Below, piece after piece: positions 20,500 to 29,525 of a stretch of 64,000 bases of DNA (positions within the stretch are counted from its first letter, which is position 1; each line of letters starts with the position of its first letter). Origin of the DNA: Bacteriovoracia bacterium (GTDB lineage: Bacteria > Bdellovibrionota > UBA1018 > CAIPTA01); assembly GCA_050246755.1 (NCBI GenBank), contig JBFWVL010000004.1, positions 128,001 through 192,000 on the forward strand. Direction: 5' to 3'. The position numbers were made by a program, and so were the translations under genes. Under the pieces are notes generated by a model. That model worked only from the letters and a program-made list of their open reading frames with translations. It was not told where the DNA came from and searched no databases.

Positions 20500-20856
20500 A
20501 TGTCTGCTTACCTAGATAAGTCCCAGGGTGTTACTTTCGTTTTCTCGAATATCCACCAAATGTACAAACGCGCCAAGGAAGCCAAGATCGACGCTCCTTT
20601 CGTGGCCGAGCGCGCTTCCGCCCGCGTGCTCAAAAAAGAAGAAGCCAAAGTAGAAGAATTCAAGCCCGCGGAATTGAAGACGACCGAACGTACCTTCGCC
20701 GTGCCCATGGGCGTGAAGGAAGCGGAAGAAAAAGCCATGCGTGCCAATATGCGCCCCATCGCTAACCTCCAGAAGAACCTCTCGGAACTTACTGAGGCCC
20801 ACGAGCGCCTGAAATTTTTGATCCAAGAGATCGATTCGCTCACGAAGAAGAAGTAA
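20500..20856 (+). CDS. Hypothetical protein with C-terminal coiled coil
   Basis: GGAGG RBS before ATG 20500; charged helical sequence. Confidence 0.7.
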   Translation: MSAYLDKSQGVTFVFSNIHQMYKRAKEAKIDAPFVAERASARVLKKEEAKVEEFKPAELKTTERTFAVPMGVKEAEEKAMRANMRPIANLQKNLSELTEAHERLKFLIQEIDSLTKKK

Positions 20857-21275
20857 TGAAGCTGATCGCCCTGGCCATCCTCGCTTTCCTCCCGCTCTCC
20901 GCCAGGGCGCAAGATATCTCCGCGCAAAACCGCGGCCTCCCCGGAATCCATATGCGCACCGAATCCCGCCGCGCCTTCACTTGCGTGGTGCTGGAAATCA
21001 CCCATGCCGATCACCGGGTCGAGCCTTTTATTGGTCGGGAATTTTCTCCCGCCGATCTCGGCCGCTATACCGTGCTGAACGAAGTGCACGTAATGGGCGA
21101 GACCGGTTCCGACGTGACCCCGCCTCGCCTCCTGCAAAAAGAATCCCAGACCCTCGCGCAAGCCACCGCCGAGCTTTCCCGAAATCCCGATTGCGGGGCG
21201 GGGGAGCGTGAGCTCAGCGATGCGGAATGGAAAGAGGAATTCGAGCGGTATCTCGCCGAGCTCGATGCGGATTAG
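20856..21275 (+). CDS. Secreted hypothetical protein
   Basis: TAATG coupling with the upstream gene; signal peptide ending ARA. Confidence 0.65.
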   Translation: MKLIALAILAFLPLSARAQDISAQNRGLPGIHMRTESRRAFTCVVLEITHADHRVEPFIGREFSPADLGRYTVLNEVHVMGETGSDVTPPRLLQKESQTLAQATAELSRNPDCGAGERELSDAEWKEEFERYLAELDAD

Positions 21276-21276
21276 G

Positions 21277-22056
21277 TTAAGCTTTGGTTTCTGTTTTTTC
21301 GCCTGGCGCCACGTAGTTCTCGACCGCGGGATTCTTGGCCGCGGTTTTAGGTAATCCCGCTTTCGGCACATTGATCGTAACCACGCCGTTCTCGTACTGG
21401 CGCTTGATCCCCTTGGCGTCGAAGGCTCCCGGGATATTCAGCTGTTCCACGATGCTTTGGTAGCTATTGGTGCGGGTCACGCGATCGGCTTCCGCATCCT
21501 TGGCGTTTTCCTGAAAGCGGCGGGCCAGCGACATCTTTAGCGATTGCCCATCGGCCGAAACAAACAGATTTTTCGCTTCGTGCTCGGGCAATGCCACCTT
21601 CACCATGAAATCGGTGGCGCTTTCGGTGAGCACCGGGTTCAGGGATTTGAGGCGGTAGAAAGGATCTTCGGTTTGCTTGGTCACGAAGGTAAGCTTTTCC
21701 ATCGTGCTCGCGCGGCGGTCGTTGATGTCTTTCAGCGATTGCGCGTCCAGGCCTTTGATTTGCTCGGCGGTAGTGGCCGCGAGTGCCTCGAAATTCTTCT
21801 GGGTGTTCTCGTTGAGGGCGTGGATACGGTCGGTATTGAGTTTCTTGGTATTGTCCATCTGGATAGATGCGGCCTTGGAAATCTCTACGATGTCTTTTTC
21901 CGTTTTTTCACGCTCTTCCTGGAGAACTTTGTTGCGGTTGCGCTGCGCGCGGGCCTGCTCCATCTGGAGATTGGCTTCTTCCTGCTCGATGGCGCGTTTT
22001 TTATCGGCCAGTACGCGTGCCGCCCCGGTATCGGATCCAACGTTGTCTACGCTCAT
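21277..22056 (-). CDS. Hsp20/alpha-crystallin domain protein with N-terminal coiled coil
   Basis: C-terminal VKVALP...YENGVVTINVPK signature; AGGAGG RBS. Confidence 0.75.
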   Translation of the reverse strand: MSVDNVGSDTGAARVLADKKRAIEQEEANLQMEQARAQRNRNKVLQEEREKTEKDIVEISKAASIQMDNTKKLNTDRIHALNENTQKNFEALAATTAEQIKGLDAQSLKDINDRRASTMEKLTFVTKQTEDPFYRLKSLNPVLTESATDFMVKVALPEHEAKNLFVSADGQSLKMSLARRFQENAKDAEADRVTRTNSYQSIVEQLNIPGAFDAKGIKRQYENGVVTINVPKAGLPKTAAKNPAVENYVAPGEKTETKA

Positions 22057-22065
22057 CGATCCTCC

Positions 22066-22377
22066 TTAATGACTGAAACCCTGCTTTTCCTGAGCCGAGT
22101 TCTGCACGATATTGAAGTAGACGCGGGCCACGTCGTCGTAGGTTTCGGGGTCGAGACCGTCGAGAAAAGCTTTTTTGCCGGAGATGGTGGGCCGGAGGAT
22201 CATCTGCTCGAGCAGATGTTCGGCTTTTTCCAGCCGCTCGTTGCGGGCTTCATTCTGACCGATGCGGTCGGCAATACGGCGGATCGTTCCGCCATCAAAC
22301 AAAAGATGATTACCCTGGGCCGACTGGTCGAGCAGGTATTTTACCTGGTCCAGTTGTTCTTGGTTTACGTAAATCAT
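22066..22377 (-). CDS. Hypothetical protein
   Basis: GGAGG RBS before ATG 22377; operonic with the Hsp20-like gene. Confidence 0.7.
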   Translation of the reverse strand: MIYVNQEQLDQVKYLLDQSAQGNHLLFDGGTIRRIADRIGQNEARNERLEKAEHLLEQMILRPTISGKKAFLDGLDPETYDDVARVYFNIVQNSAQEKQGFSH

Positions 22378-22509
22378 GGAAAACCGCCTCCATTGCAGTT
22401 TCCGGAGTTCCAGTCCTTGGAACCCTTCCCCTTCTTTAAGTGTATAGAATAAAGGCGACAAACCGCAAGCGCTCCATGCTAGACTTTTAGATAGGAGGCT
22501 CATAGGGAC

Positions 22510-23382
22510 ATGAGCAAAAAGCGCTTAAAATACAGCGACTTCTGTCAGAGCTGCCGACGTGCGCTTGGGGCTGACGAAAAGGTCGTTTACGTAGAAGAGG
22601 GAACAAATCGCTTTTTCTGTTCGGAAAAGTGCATTCGTACTTACTACGATCCGATGGCGGAATTCTATCGCGAGCGGATGATGGAGATCCGCGACCCCCA
22701 CGATATTTCCGAGTCTGATTTCGACGAATACGAAAGCTACGCTCCGCTTTGCCTCTCCAATCCCGACGAGATTTGGGTGGACTCCACCGAGAATGGCGAA
22801 ACCATGACGATCTTCATGGCGAACTTCACGAACGAGGGCGGGAAATTTACCTTCATCGTGATGTGCTTCTGCCTCGAGGCCGAGCCTACCTATATCCTTC
22901 TTTCGTTTCCTACCCGCGATAAAAAAATGGTGGAAGAATTCCGCCGCGGGCAAAAAACCGAAATTCGAAACGAGCCCGAGGAAGGCGCCGAGCCCGAAGT
23001 GAGCAGCGCGCTCACCGATGATTTTCTTTCCCGCCAGGGGAATGCGATCGAAGAGGAGATGCTCCGGCACCGCCGCAAGACGGATATTCCCGTCGAAGAA
23101 TTCGAAGAGCACGCTCATTTGCTGGAGCAGGTGATCGAGAATCCCGACGAGGTTTGGGAGCTGCAGGACGATAACGACCACACGATCCTCACGCTGATCG
23201 CGCAACAGGATGAAAAGCTAGCCTACGTGGTGATCTGCACGGCGGAACAATCGCCCGAGGGCGGGCAGGAGAGCTGGCGGGTGATTTATAGCTTTCCGAC
23301 GAATGATCCAGCGCTAGTGCAGCACTACCGGCGTGGGCAGCTGCGCGAAGGCGGCGACGGCCGCGCGAATTTTCTGCATTAA
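22510..23382 (+). CDS. Zn-finger (TRASH-like) protein with two tandem PBECR2-like domains
   Basis: CQSC..FCSEKC; duplicated NPDE[I/V]W...SFPT.D..[M/L]V..[F/Y]RRGQ units. Confidence 0.65.
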   Translation: MSKKRLKYSDFCQSCRRALGADEKVVYVEEGTNRFFCSEKCIRTYYDPMAEFYRERMMEIRDPHDISESDFDEYESYAPLCLSNPDEIWVDSTENGETMTIFMANFTNEGGKFTFIVMCFCLEAEPTYILLSFPTRDKKMVEEFRRGQKTEIRNEPEEGAEPEVSSALTDDFLSRQGNAIEEEMLRHRRKTDIPVEEFEEHAHLLEQVIENPDEVWELQDDNDHTILTLIAQQDEKLAYVVICTAEQSPEGGQESWRVIYSFPTNDPALVQHYRRGQLREGGDGRANFLH

Positions 23383-23450
23383 AATCAGTTGGCAGAGGGC
23401 GGTTTGCGGTTATCCGCTCAGGCGGGGCCAAGCGACGCCGCAAAAACTAC

Positions 23451-23684
23451 TTAAACTTTTTCAGCTTGGGTTTCTTTTACCGGCGCGGGCGCGGAAGCTT
23501 CGTTTTTGCGCTCGATTTGGGCGGAAGAGGCGCTGGTAATGGGATTTTGGTCTCCCGACATCGCATCCTTAAAGTTCTTCATGGTCCGGCCAATGCTATG
23601 GCCCAGGTCCGGCAAGCGTTTAGGGCCGAAGATCAGCAGGATCACAAGTAATACGAGAAGATGTTCCCCGGAAATTCCGAACAT
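23451..23684 (-). CDS. tatA: Twin-arginine translocase TatA/E subunit
   Basis: MFGIS..LLIFGPKRLPDLG.SIG...FK. Confidence 0.92.
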   Translation of the reverse strand: MFGISGEHLLVLLVILLIFGPKRLPDLGHSIGRTMKNFKDAMSGDQNPITSASSAQIERKNEASAPAPVKETQAEKV

Positions 23685-23743
23685 AGCGATTTACCTCTTG
23701 CTGCCTTTATAGATCAAATGCGGCGCGTAGGCAATGCTGGGTC

Positions 23744-24247
23744 TTAGGGGGTGAGTACGGAAACGGCGAGGGGCGGGGCGGAGGTTGTTTGACCGTTCAA
23801 GTACATTTTGTAGGCGGCAAGGTAGACATCCTGCACGAGCACGAGGGCCGTATAATCGGCCGACTGCAGGCTCACGGAAGTATTGTAGGTATTGGTCACG
23901 AAGCAGGTTTCGGTCTGCGGAATCTCGCCGCGAATGGGGACTAGGCAATAACGGCTGCCCGCCGAGAATGAGGTCACTTTCACGGTGGTGAGGGCGGGGT
24001 TAGCGGCCGCGTAACAAACGCTGGAGCCGGAGAAAAGCTGGCCGAAGTAGGTATCGCCAGCGGCGGCCACCGAGAAGGTTTTGCAGGTGAGTTGCTGGAG
24101 GGCGGCCTGGGCGGCGAGGGCGATGCTCTGCGCGCTGGAGCTGGAGCCCGCGGCTTTGGCTTTTAGCTTCGCTTGGGCGCCCATATCGGCATTGCCGCAG
24201 GCCATGCAGAAAAGAGCGGTGCTTAGAATGAATAGCTTCAGCCACAT
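23744..24247 (-). CDS. Putative lipoprotein
   Basis: Signal peptide with lipobox-like CMAC; cysteine-containing mature domain. Confidence 0.7.
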   Translation of the reverse strand: MWLKLFILSTALFCMACGNADMGAQAKLKAKAAGSSSSAQSIALAAQAALQQLTCKTFSVAAAGDTYFGQLFSGSSVCYAAANPALTTVKVTSFSAGSRYCLVPIRGEIPQTETCFVTNTYNTSVSLQSADYTALVLVQDVYLAAYKMYLNGQTTSAPPLAVSVLTP

Positions 24248-24343
24248 GGCAAGACCTCGTTGGAAAAAAGAGACGGCCGCGGAAAGCGAGGAGCGTGAGC
24301 TGAGGAGGCAAAGAGGGGAGCTCGCGGCTGTCGGAGAAGCAGT

Positions 24344-24359
24344 TACAAGTTTGGTGCCA
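24344..24359 (-). promoter_or_regulatory. Near-consensus sigma54 promoter (GT instead of GC at -12)
   Basis: TGGCACCAAACTTGTA; TGTC-N9-GACA-type boxes upstream at 24431-24447 and 24457-24473. Confidence 0.5.
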
Positions 24360-24522
24360 CCGTTCCCGCTTTCCCATAAAGCGCCGTGATTTCGGCGGCG
24401 TGGGGAAGAAGCGCGAATCTAAATCTAGAGTGTTTAAATTATAGATGGTGGACAGCTGTCTAGTCGGTTGACAGGCTCCCTTTTTGCCCGATTTCTTGCG
24501 ATAATATAGAGGGAGCAAATGG

Positions 24523-25302
24523 GTGCGGAGACACGATTCACAAAAAATGATTGAGGTGGTTCCTCGCGGCCTAGGCGGGCTTGGCCTATGGGCCGGATCG
24601 GATCACTATGGACTCGTGGCGGCTTTCCAGCGCGCCCCCTTTTCTTTTCCCGCCTCGGGAGTACAGAAGATTTTCCGGATCGCCTTCACCGAGATCCCCG
24701 GCTTTCAGGAAGACCGCTTCCTCGTGGAATATTCCTCGGGCCGTAAGGATTGCATGGTGATTCTCGACACGCTCCCCTCCGCGCTCAAAGACGAGAAGCT
24801 CGAAAAAGTTTCTCCCTTCGGGGTCTGCCTGCGCTACCTCGAGCTCTTCCGGCGTGAGCCTTCTTCGCTATTGCTGCCGCTCGCGCTTCCTCTGGGAATC
24901 ACCATGGTGATGATGTTGTTCGGCTTCTGGAGCGATCTCGTGCTGCGTAATCCCGAAGTGCTGGGCTTCTTCGCCCGGCCCGGCTGCGATGTGAATTGCG
25001 TGGAAAAAGTGCTGCGCTTGCATTCCCTCGTGGGAATGCTTTTCCTGATTCAGTTCTTTCTATTGCTGATGCCTTTTTCGTTTTTATTTTTTCACGCGCC
25101 CCGCTTCCGCTACGCTTTTAACGTGCGCATTACCCAGTTGTATTCGATCACCACGGCGGTGATCGGCGTATTCGTGTTCGCGCAGCTGATGGTATTCTTC
25201 CCGTTCAAGCAATATAGCCGCTTCCTGGCGCTGGGACTCAATCCCAAGGTGGAGCGGATGCTCTCCCACCTCAACGATCCCAAAGAAAAAAATCACCCGT
25301 AA
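24523..25302 (+). CDS. Hypothetical membrane protein
   Basis: Three hydrophobic segments in the C-terminal half; CDVNC motif. Confidence 0.65.
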   Translation: MRRHDSQKMIEVVPRGLGGLGLWAGSDHYGLVAAFQRAPFSFPASGVQKIFRIAFTEIPGFQEDRFLVEYSSGRKDCMVILDTLPSALKDEKLEKVSPFGVCLRYLELFRREPSSLLLPLALPLGITMVMMLFGFWSDLVLRNPEVLGFFARPGCDVNCVEKVLRLHSLVGMLFLIQFFLLLMPFSFLFFHAPRFRYAFNVRITQLYSITTAVIGVFVFAQLMVFFPFKQYSRFLALGLNPKVERMLSHLNDPKEKNHP

Positions 25303-25311
25303 TAACTAGAA

Positions 25312-25848
25312 TTAGGCCGCGGCCCGGTCGGTTTGCGCCGAATCGCCCGTGAGTGGCTTGGCCGCGTCCACCACTTCGGTAGCGGCTAAGAGATCATGCA
25401 GGGTGAGGCCGTCTTTTCGCAGCAGCGGCAGGAGAAAACCGATACCAAGGGCGAGCTGGCCGCTCACTACGTAGAGCAGGCTACGGCCTAGCGCGCGGGC
25501 AAAGGTGAGGTCCTGGCCATCGCGGGAACGCAGGGTAAGGCCCATCGCCCACTTGCCTAGTGATCGCCCAAAGTACCAGTGGGCGATCGTGAAATAAGAG
25601 AAATAGTAAAGGATATGGGCCGCTTTAGTGAAATGGCCGGCCTTAGCGCTCGCGGCTACCCGGGCGAGCGTGGCGGCGTCTCCGGGGCTCTGCAAATGGC
25701 TGTAAGCGAACACGCAGAGGGCGGAGGTGCCCACGGTGAGCGCGAAGAGAAAAGCGAGATCTAGGAGGTAGGCGAGCGCGCGGCGCCCGAAGTTCACGGG
25801 AACCGGGCTCCGTTCGGGGTTTAGCGCCTGCATGGTTTCGATGGGCAT
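25312..25848 (-). CDS. RDD family membrane protein
   Basis: RRALAYLLD, GRSLGKWAMG and LHDLLAAT motifs. Confidence 0.88.
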   Translation of the reverse strand: MPIETMQALNPERSPVPVNFGRRALAYLLDLAFLFALTVGTSALCVFAYSHLQSPGDAATLARVAASAKAGHFTKAAHILYYFSYFTIAHWYFGRSLGKWAMGLTLRSRDGQDLTFARALGRSLLYVVSGQLALGIGFLLPLLRKDGLTLHDLLAATEVVDAAKPLTGDSAQTDRAAA

Positions 25849-25871
25849 CAAGGGCGTATCGGAGCGGAGAC

Positions 25872-27437
25872 CTATTTCCTATAGGCGCGCAGGCCGAGGG
25901 CGAACGAAAAAATAAGACAAAGCAGCGCGAACCACTCACCTAAACGCGTGTAAAGGGTGGGGACGACGTTGGTGGGGACGGGCACTTCAATGACTTTCAC
26001 CGCTTCCTGGTAGGGCTCGCTCAGGAGCTGCACTTCGCCGGTGGCCGTCACCAGGCCGGAAAGGCCCGTATTCGTGGAGCGGATCATCGGGATATGGTGC
26101 TCGACCGAACGCAGGATCGAAAGCTGGAAATGCTGCCAGGGCTCGAAGGTATTGCCGAACCAGGAATCCTTGGTGAGGTTCACGAAGAGGCGGGCTCCTC
26201 GCTGCGCGTAGGGGCGCATGTAGGTGGGTAGGATGGCTTCGTAGCAAATATTTATTCCGATGGGGAGCACGCCCGCTTTCCAGGGAAAATCCGTGGGAAC
26301 GGCTCCCGGGCCGCGGCCGAAATCTCCCATCTGGGGATTTAGCTCCTTGATGCTCGGGAAATAATCGGTGAGGGGGATATACTCGCCAAATATCAATAAA
26401 ACTTGTTTTCGGTAGCCGGCGATCACGCCGCCGTCCGGGCCAAGGATGAGGGCGGAGTTGAAGTCGCGGGCGCCGTCGTTTTCGTAGGTGCCGAACAGCA
26501 AGGGGATTTTCAGCTCGGCGGTGGTATCTTTTACTAGGTTCGCATATCCATAAGCGCCACGGCTCTGGGCGGGAGAAGAAGGCGTGGGGAAGGCCATGGG
26601 GTAGGAAGTTTCCGGCCAGATAATGAGATCGGGTTTCTGGGGCGCAAGCGCCCGGTTATGCTCCAGCATTCTGCCGATCGTGAACGTGATGGCCTCTTTG
26701 GCGGTAGTACGCTCCGCCATCTTTTCCACTTCCTCGAGGTTCTGCTGCACGAGGCCCACGCGCAAAATTTCCGTGGGGCGCGCGTCGATTCTAGCTTTCT
26801 CATATTTTCCCCAAATGGAGAGGGCCGCGATGAGTGCGGCCGCGCAGGCCACCGAAGGTAGGGCACCGCGGCCGCACTTACGCCAGTAAGCGAGCGAAGC
26901 GCCGAGCCAGAGAGGCAGGAAGCTTAGGAGGCTCACTCCGCCGAGGCTGGCGGCCTGGGCGAGGGGAAGAAAGCGAATGAGCGTATTGCCGAGGCTTTCA
27001 GGAAAAATCTTCAGGAAACAGGCCAGAAATTCCAGGCCGGTATAGAGGGCTGCCCAAAATAAAGGGCGTAAAAATAGCGGCTGGCGCTCGATCCGGAAAC
27101 GCAGCAAATGGCCGAAGAAAAAAAATGCCACCAGCTGCGGAGCCGCCACCAAACAGAAAAGGCAGAGCAGGCCGAGGGCCAGCGGAAAAGAAAGGCCGCC
27201 GAAATACTGGGCCACATAAATGATCCAGTGAAAGCCGCCCCAGGCGATCATGGCGGATAATAGAAAGCCAAGGCGGATGGCTTGCTTTCGGCTTTCTAGC
27301 GCGTGCAGGGAAAAAATCAGTCCGGGCATGAACAATAAGGAGAGAGCCGGTACATCGTAGCGGGGGAAGCATAATACGTAGGCGATGCCTGCAAGTATTG
27401 CCCATAAGGTAGATCGGTGTGGTACGCTTATTTTCAT
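25872..27437 (-). CDS. lnt: Apolipoprotein N-acyltransferase
   Basis: Multi-TM N-terminus; nitrilase triad motifs WPET, YRK..L.IFGEY and ICYE; STNTG. Confidence 0.95.
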   Translation of the reverse strand: MKISVPHRSTLWAILAGIAYVLCFPRYDVPALSLLFMPGLIFSLHALESRKQAIRLGFLLSAMIAWGGFHWIIYVAQYFGGLSFPLALGLLCLFCLVAAPQLVAFFFFGHLLRFRIERQPLFLRPLFWAALYTGLEFLACFLKIFPESLGNTLIRFLPLAQAASLGGVSLLSFLPLWLGASLAYWRKCGRGALPSVACAAALIAALSIWGKYEKARIDARPTEILRVGLVQQNLEEVEKMAERTTAKEAITFTIGRMLEHNRALAPQKPDLIIWPETSYPMAFPTPSSPAQSRGAYGYANLVKDTTAELKIPLLFGTYENDGARDFNSALILGPDGGVIAGYRKQVLLIFGEYIPLTDYFPSIKELNPQMGDFGRGPGAVPTDFPWKAGVLPIGINICYEAILPTYMRPYAQRGARLFVNLTKDSWFGNTFEPWQHFQLSILRSVEHHIPMIRSTNTGLSGLVTATGEVQLLSEPYQEAVKVIEVPVPTNVVPTLYTRLGEWFALLCLIFSFALGLRAYRK

Positions 27438-28071
27438 GGAACTCCATGGTAGCCGTCTAGAAGGCCGTCGCCAAGAAATTCGCTGCTCCGATTGCGGGCA
27501 TACCTACCTTATCGCGGAGGGTCAGCTTAGTTCCCGCTGCACCCATTGCGGGAATATCTCCGCGCACGCAGTAAGCCCCGCGCCGGAAGCGGCCCTAGTT
27601 TTCCGCGAGACTATCGTTCCGGGCCAGAAAAGTCCTCTCGATGCTTTTCAAAAACTTCCCGACGGCCTCAAGGTGCAGGAGGTGCTCTCCCGTTATCAGA
27701 TCGAATGGCAGCTCTGGTCGGTACTGGTGAGAAATTTTTCCGATCCGGTCTACCATGCCGCTTATCTTTCGCAGGCGATAGCCGCGAGCGCGATTTCCGA
27801 AGCTTCCGAGCGTTACCGCATGCATCGCTCGGCCATGGTGCTGCTGCGGGACGATCATTGGCAGGCAGAAGTGGCGGATTTAATGCTCACGCGCCTGGAG
27901 CGTTTGTCCTTACTGAGAATGCAGCAGACCGAGCGCGTGAATTATCTGTATTTGCGATGGGCGGAATTGATGGCCGACCAGCCGCTTCGGGCCAAGCTGA
28001 TTCGCTTCGGCTGGTTCGTAGCCGGTATGTCTCTATTTTTGCGGCTGGTCCTACCGCTCTTTAACCGATAA
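27436..28071 (+). CDS. Hypothetical zinc-ribbon protein with C-terminal TM anchor
   Basis: CSDC..CTHC motif; hydrophobic C-terminus. Confidence 0.6.
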   Translation: MELHGSRLEGRRQEIRCSDCGHTYLIAEGQLSSRCTHCGNISAHAVSPAPEAALVFRETIVPGQKSPLDAFQKLPDGLKVQEVLSRYQIEWQLWSVLVRNFSDPVYHAAYLSQAIAASAISEASERYRMHRSAMVLLRDDHWQAEVADLMLTRLERLSLLRMQQTERVNYLYLRWAELMADQPLRAKLIRFGWFVAGMSLFLRLVLPLFNR

Positions 28072-28159
28072 TTTTTTAAGGTAGGCGATCCGGTTAAGTC
28101 GGCCGTCCGGGCCGCTTCCCCAACGATTGGAAGGTCCCAACCGGATCGCTTTAGGAGAA

Positions 28160-29338
28160 CTAGTGGAAAGCCACGTCGCGGTGGATGGTGGTGCTTTCTT
28201 TCGTCTGGGGAGCGGCGGCCAGCTCTTGAGCTTTGTCTTCTTTATCCAAAGCCGCTAACACTTTGCTGTCTTTGCCGTCGCGCTTGGCGAGGGTCATGCG
28301 CAGGGCCGCGTAGGCGTTGATCCGGCCACCGGAAGCTACTTTCGCTTCGAGGTTCGCCAATTTATCGGTGGAGCTCATGATGATCTCACGCACTTCCGCG
28401 GGTTTCAGCGAAGGATTTTCGCTGAGAATTAAGGCGGCGAGACCGGATACGTAGGCAGTGGCTTGGCTGGTGCCGGTGAGGTAACCGTAGCGTCCTTTGG
28501 GCAACGTGGAATAAACGTTCTCGCCGGGCGCAGCCACGTGCACGTGTTTCTTACCCCAGTTCGAGCTGGGCAAGAGCTGGTTGCGGATATTGGTAGCCGC
28601 TACTGCGATGATATTCGTAAGGCCGTAAGCGGCAGGGTAGTAGGAATTTTTTGCGTCGTCGGTGTTCTGGTATTCGTTTCCGGCCGCGGCTACGAAAAGA
28701 ATTCCCTTCGCTTCGGCGCGTTGGATGGCTCTCATCTCGGCCGCGCTGAACTCAGCTCCGCCACCGGAGTAGTTGATAATGTTCGCGCCATTGTCCACGG
28801 CGTAGTTGATAGCTTTCACGGTATTGGCAAGGTTCTGGGCGCCGCTGGCGGTATCGGAATAGTAGCGAACGGCCATGATGCAGATATTAGGGGCCACACC
28901 GGAAGCGCCGGTATTGCCGCGTCCGGTGGCGCCGATGATGCCGGCCACGTGCGAGCCGTGGCCGTGCTTATCTTCGGGATTTTTCTTGTTGGTTACGAAG
29001 TCGAAACCGTATTCGTCGGTGCCGGGTTTGCGGCAGATATTGTCTTTGAGGTCGGGGTGGGTGGCGTCGATACCCGTGTCGATCACGGCCACGATAATCT
29101 TCTTATCGCCGCGGGAGATTTTCCAGGCTTTGCGGGCGTTGATATGGGAGGCCTGCTCTTTATTGTCGAGCCCCCAATTGCGGAGCAGGATCTCCGAAGG
29201 GTTCGTTTTTTCCAGCTTCAGGGCCGATGATACATTCTGAACCAAAGCAAATGCTTGGTCAGAGGTAACGCCAAACCCGAGGGTTAGGGCGAGACCGGTG
29301 GCTACGGAAAACTTTGCTACGGCGCGAAACTTCAACAT
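28160..29338 (-). CDS. Secreted S8 subtilisin-like serine protease
   Basis: VAVIDTG, HGHGSHVAGII, AAAGN and GTSQA catalytic motifs; signal peptide; GGAG RBS. Confidence 0.95.
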   Translation of the reverse strand: MLKFRAVAKFSVATGLALTLGFGVTSDQAFALVQNVSSALKLEKTNPSEILLRNWGLDNKEQASHINARKAWKISRGDKKIIVAVIDTGIDATHPDLKDNICRKPGTDEYGFDFVTNKKNPEDKHGHGSHVAGIIGATGRGNTGASGVAPNICIMAVRYYSDTASGAQNLANTVKAINYAVDNGANIINYSGGGAEFSAAEMRAIQRAEAKGILFVAAAGNEYQNTDDAKNSYYPAAYGLTNIIAVAATNIRNQLLPSSNWGKKHVHVAAPGENVYSTLPKGRYGYLTGTSQATAYVSGLAALILSENPSLKPAEVREIIMSSTDKLANLEAKVASGGRINAYAALRMTLAKRDGKDSKVLAALDKEDKAQELAAAPQTKESTTIHRDVAFH

Positions 29339-29391
29339 CAACAACTCCAACAAATTTCGGTCCCAAGAGCGGGATGGGACGCGGGCTAAAG

Positions 29392-29407
29392 AGCAAGTGA
29401 TGTGCCA
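29392..29407 (-). promoter_or_regulatory. Sigma54 -24/-12 promoter of the subtilase
   Basis: TGGCACATCACTTGCT, a full consensus match. Confidence 0.8.
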
Positions 29408-29525
29408 CCTCGGAGGGGGTGCGTTATAATTGCCTGGATTAAATCAAGTATATGATTTTATTGATTATTTTTTAATTGCCGGAATTGGTGCGGGGGTGCA
29501 AGTAAGGAAAGGGCTGACGATCTTT

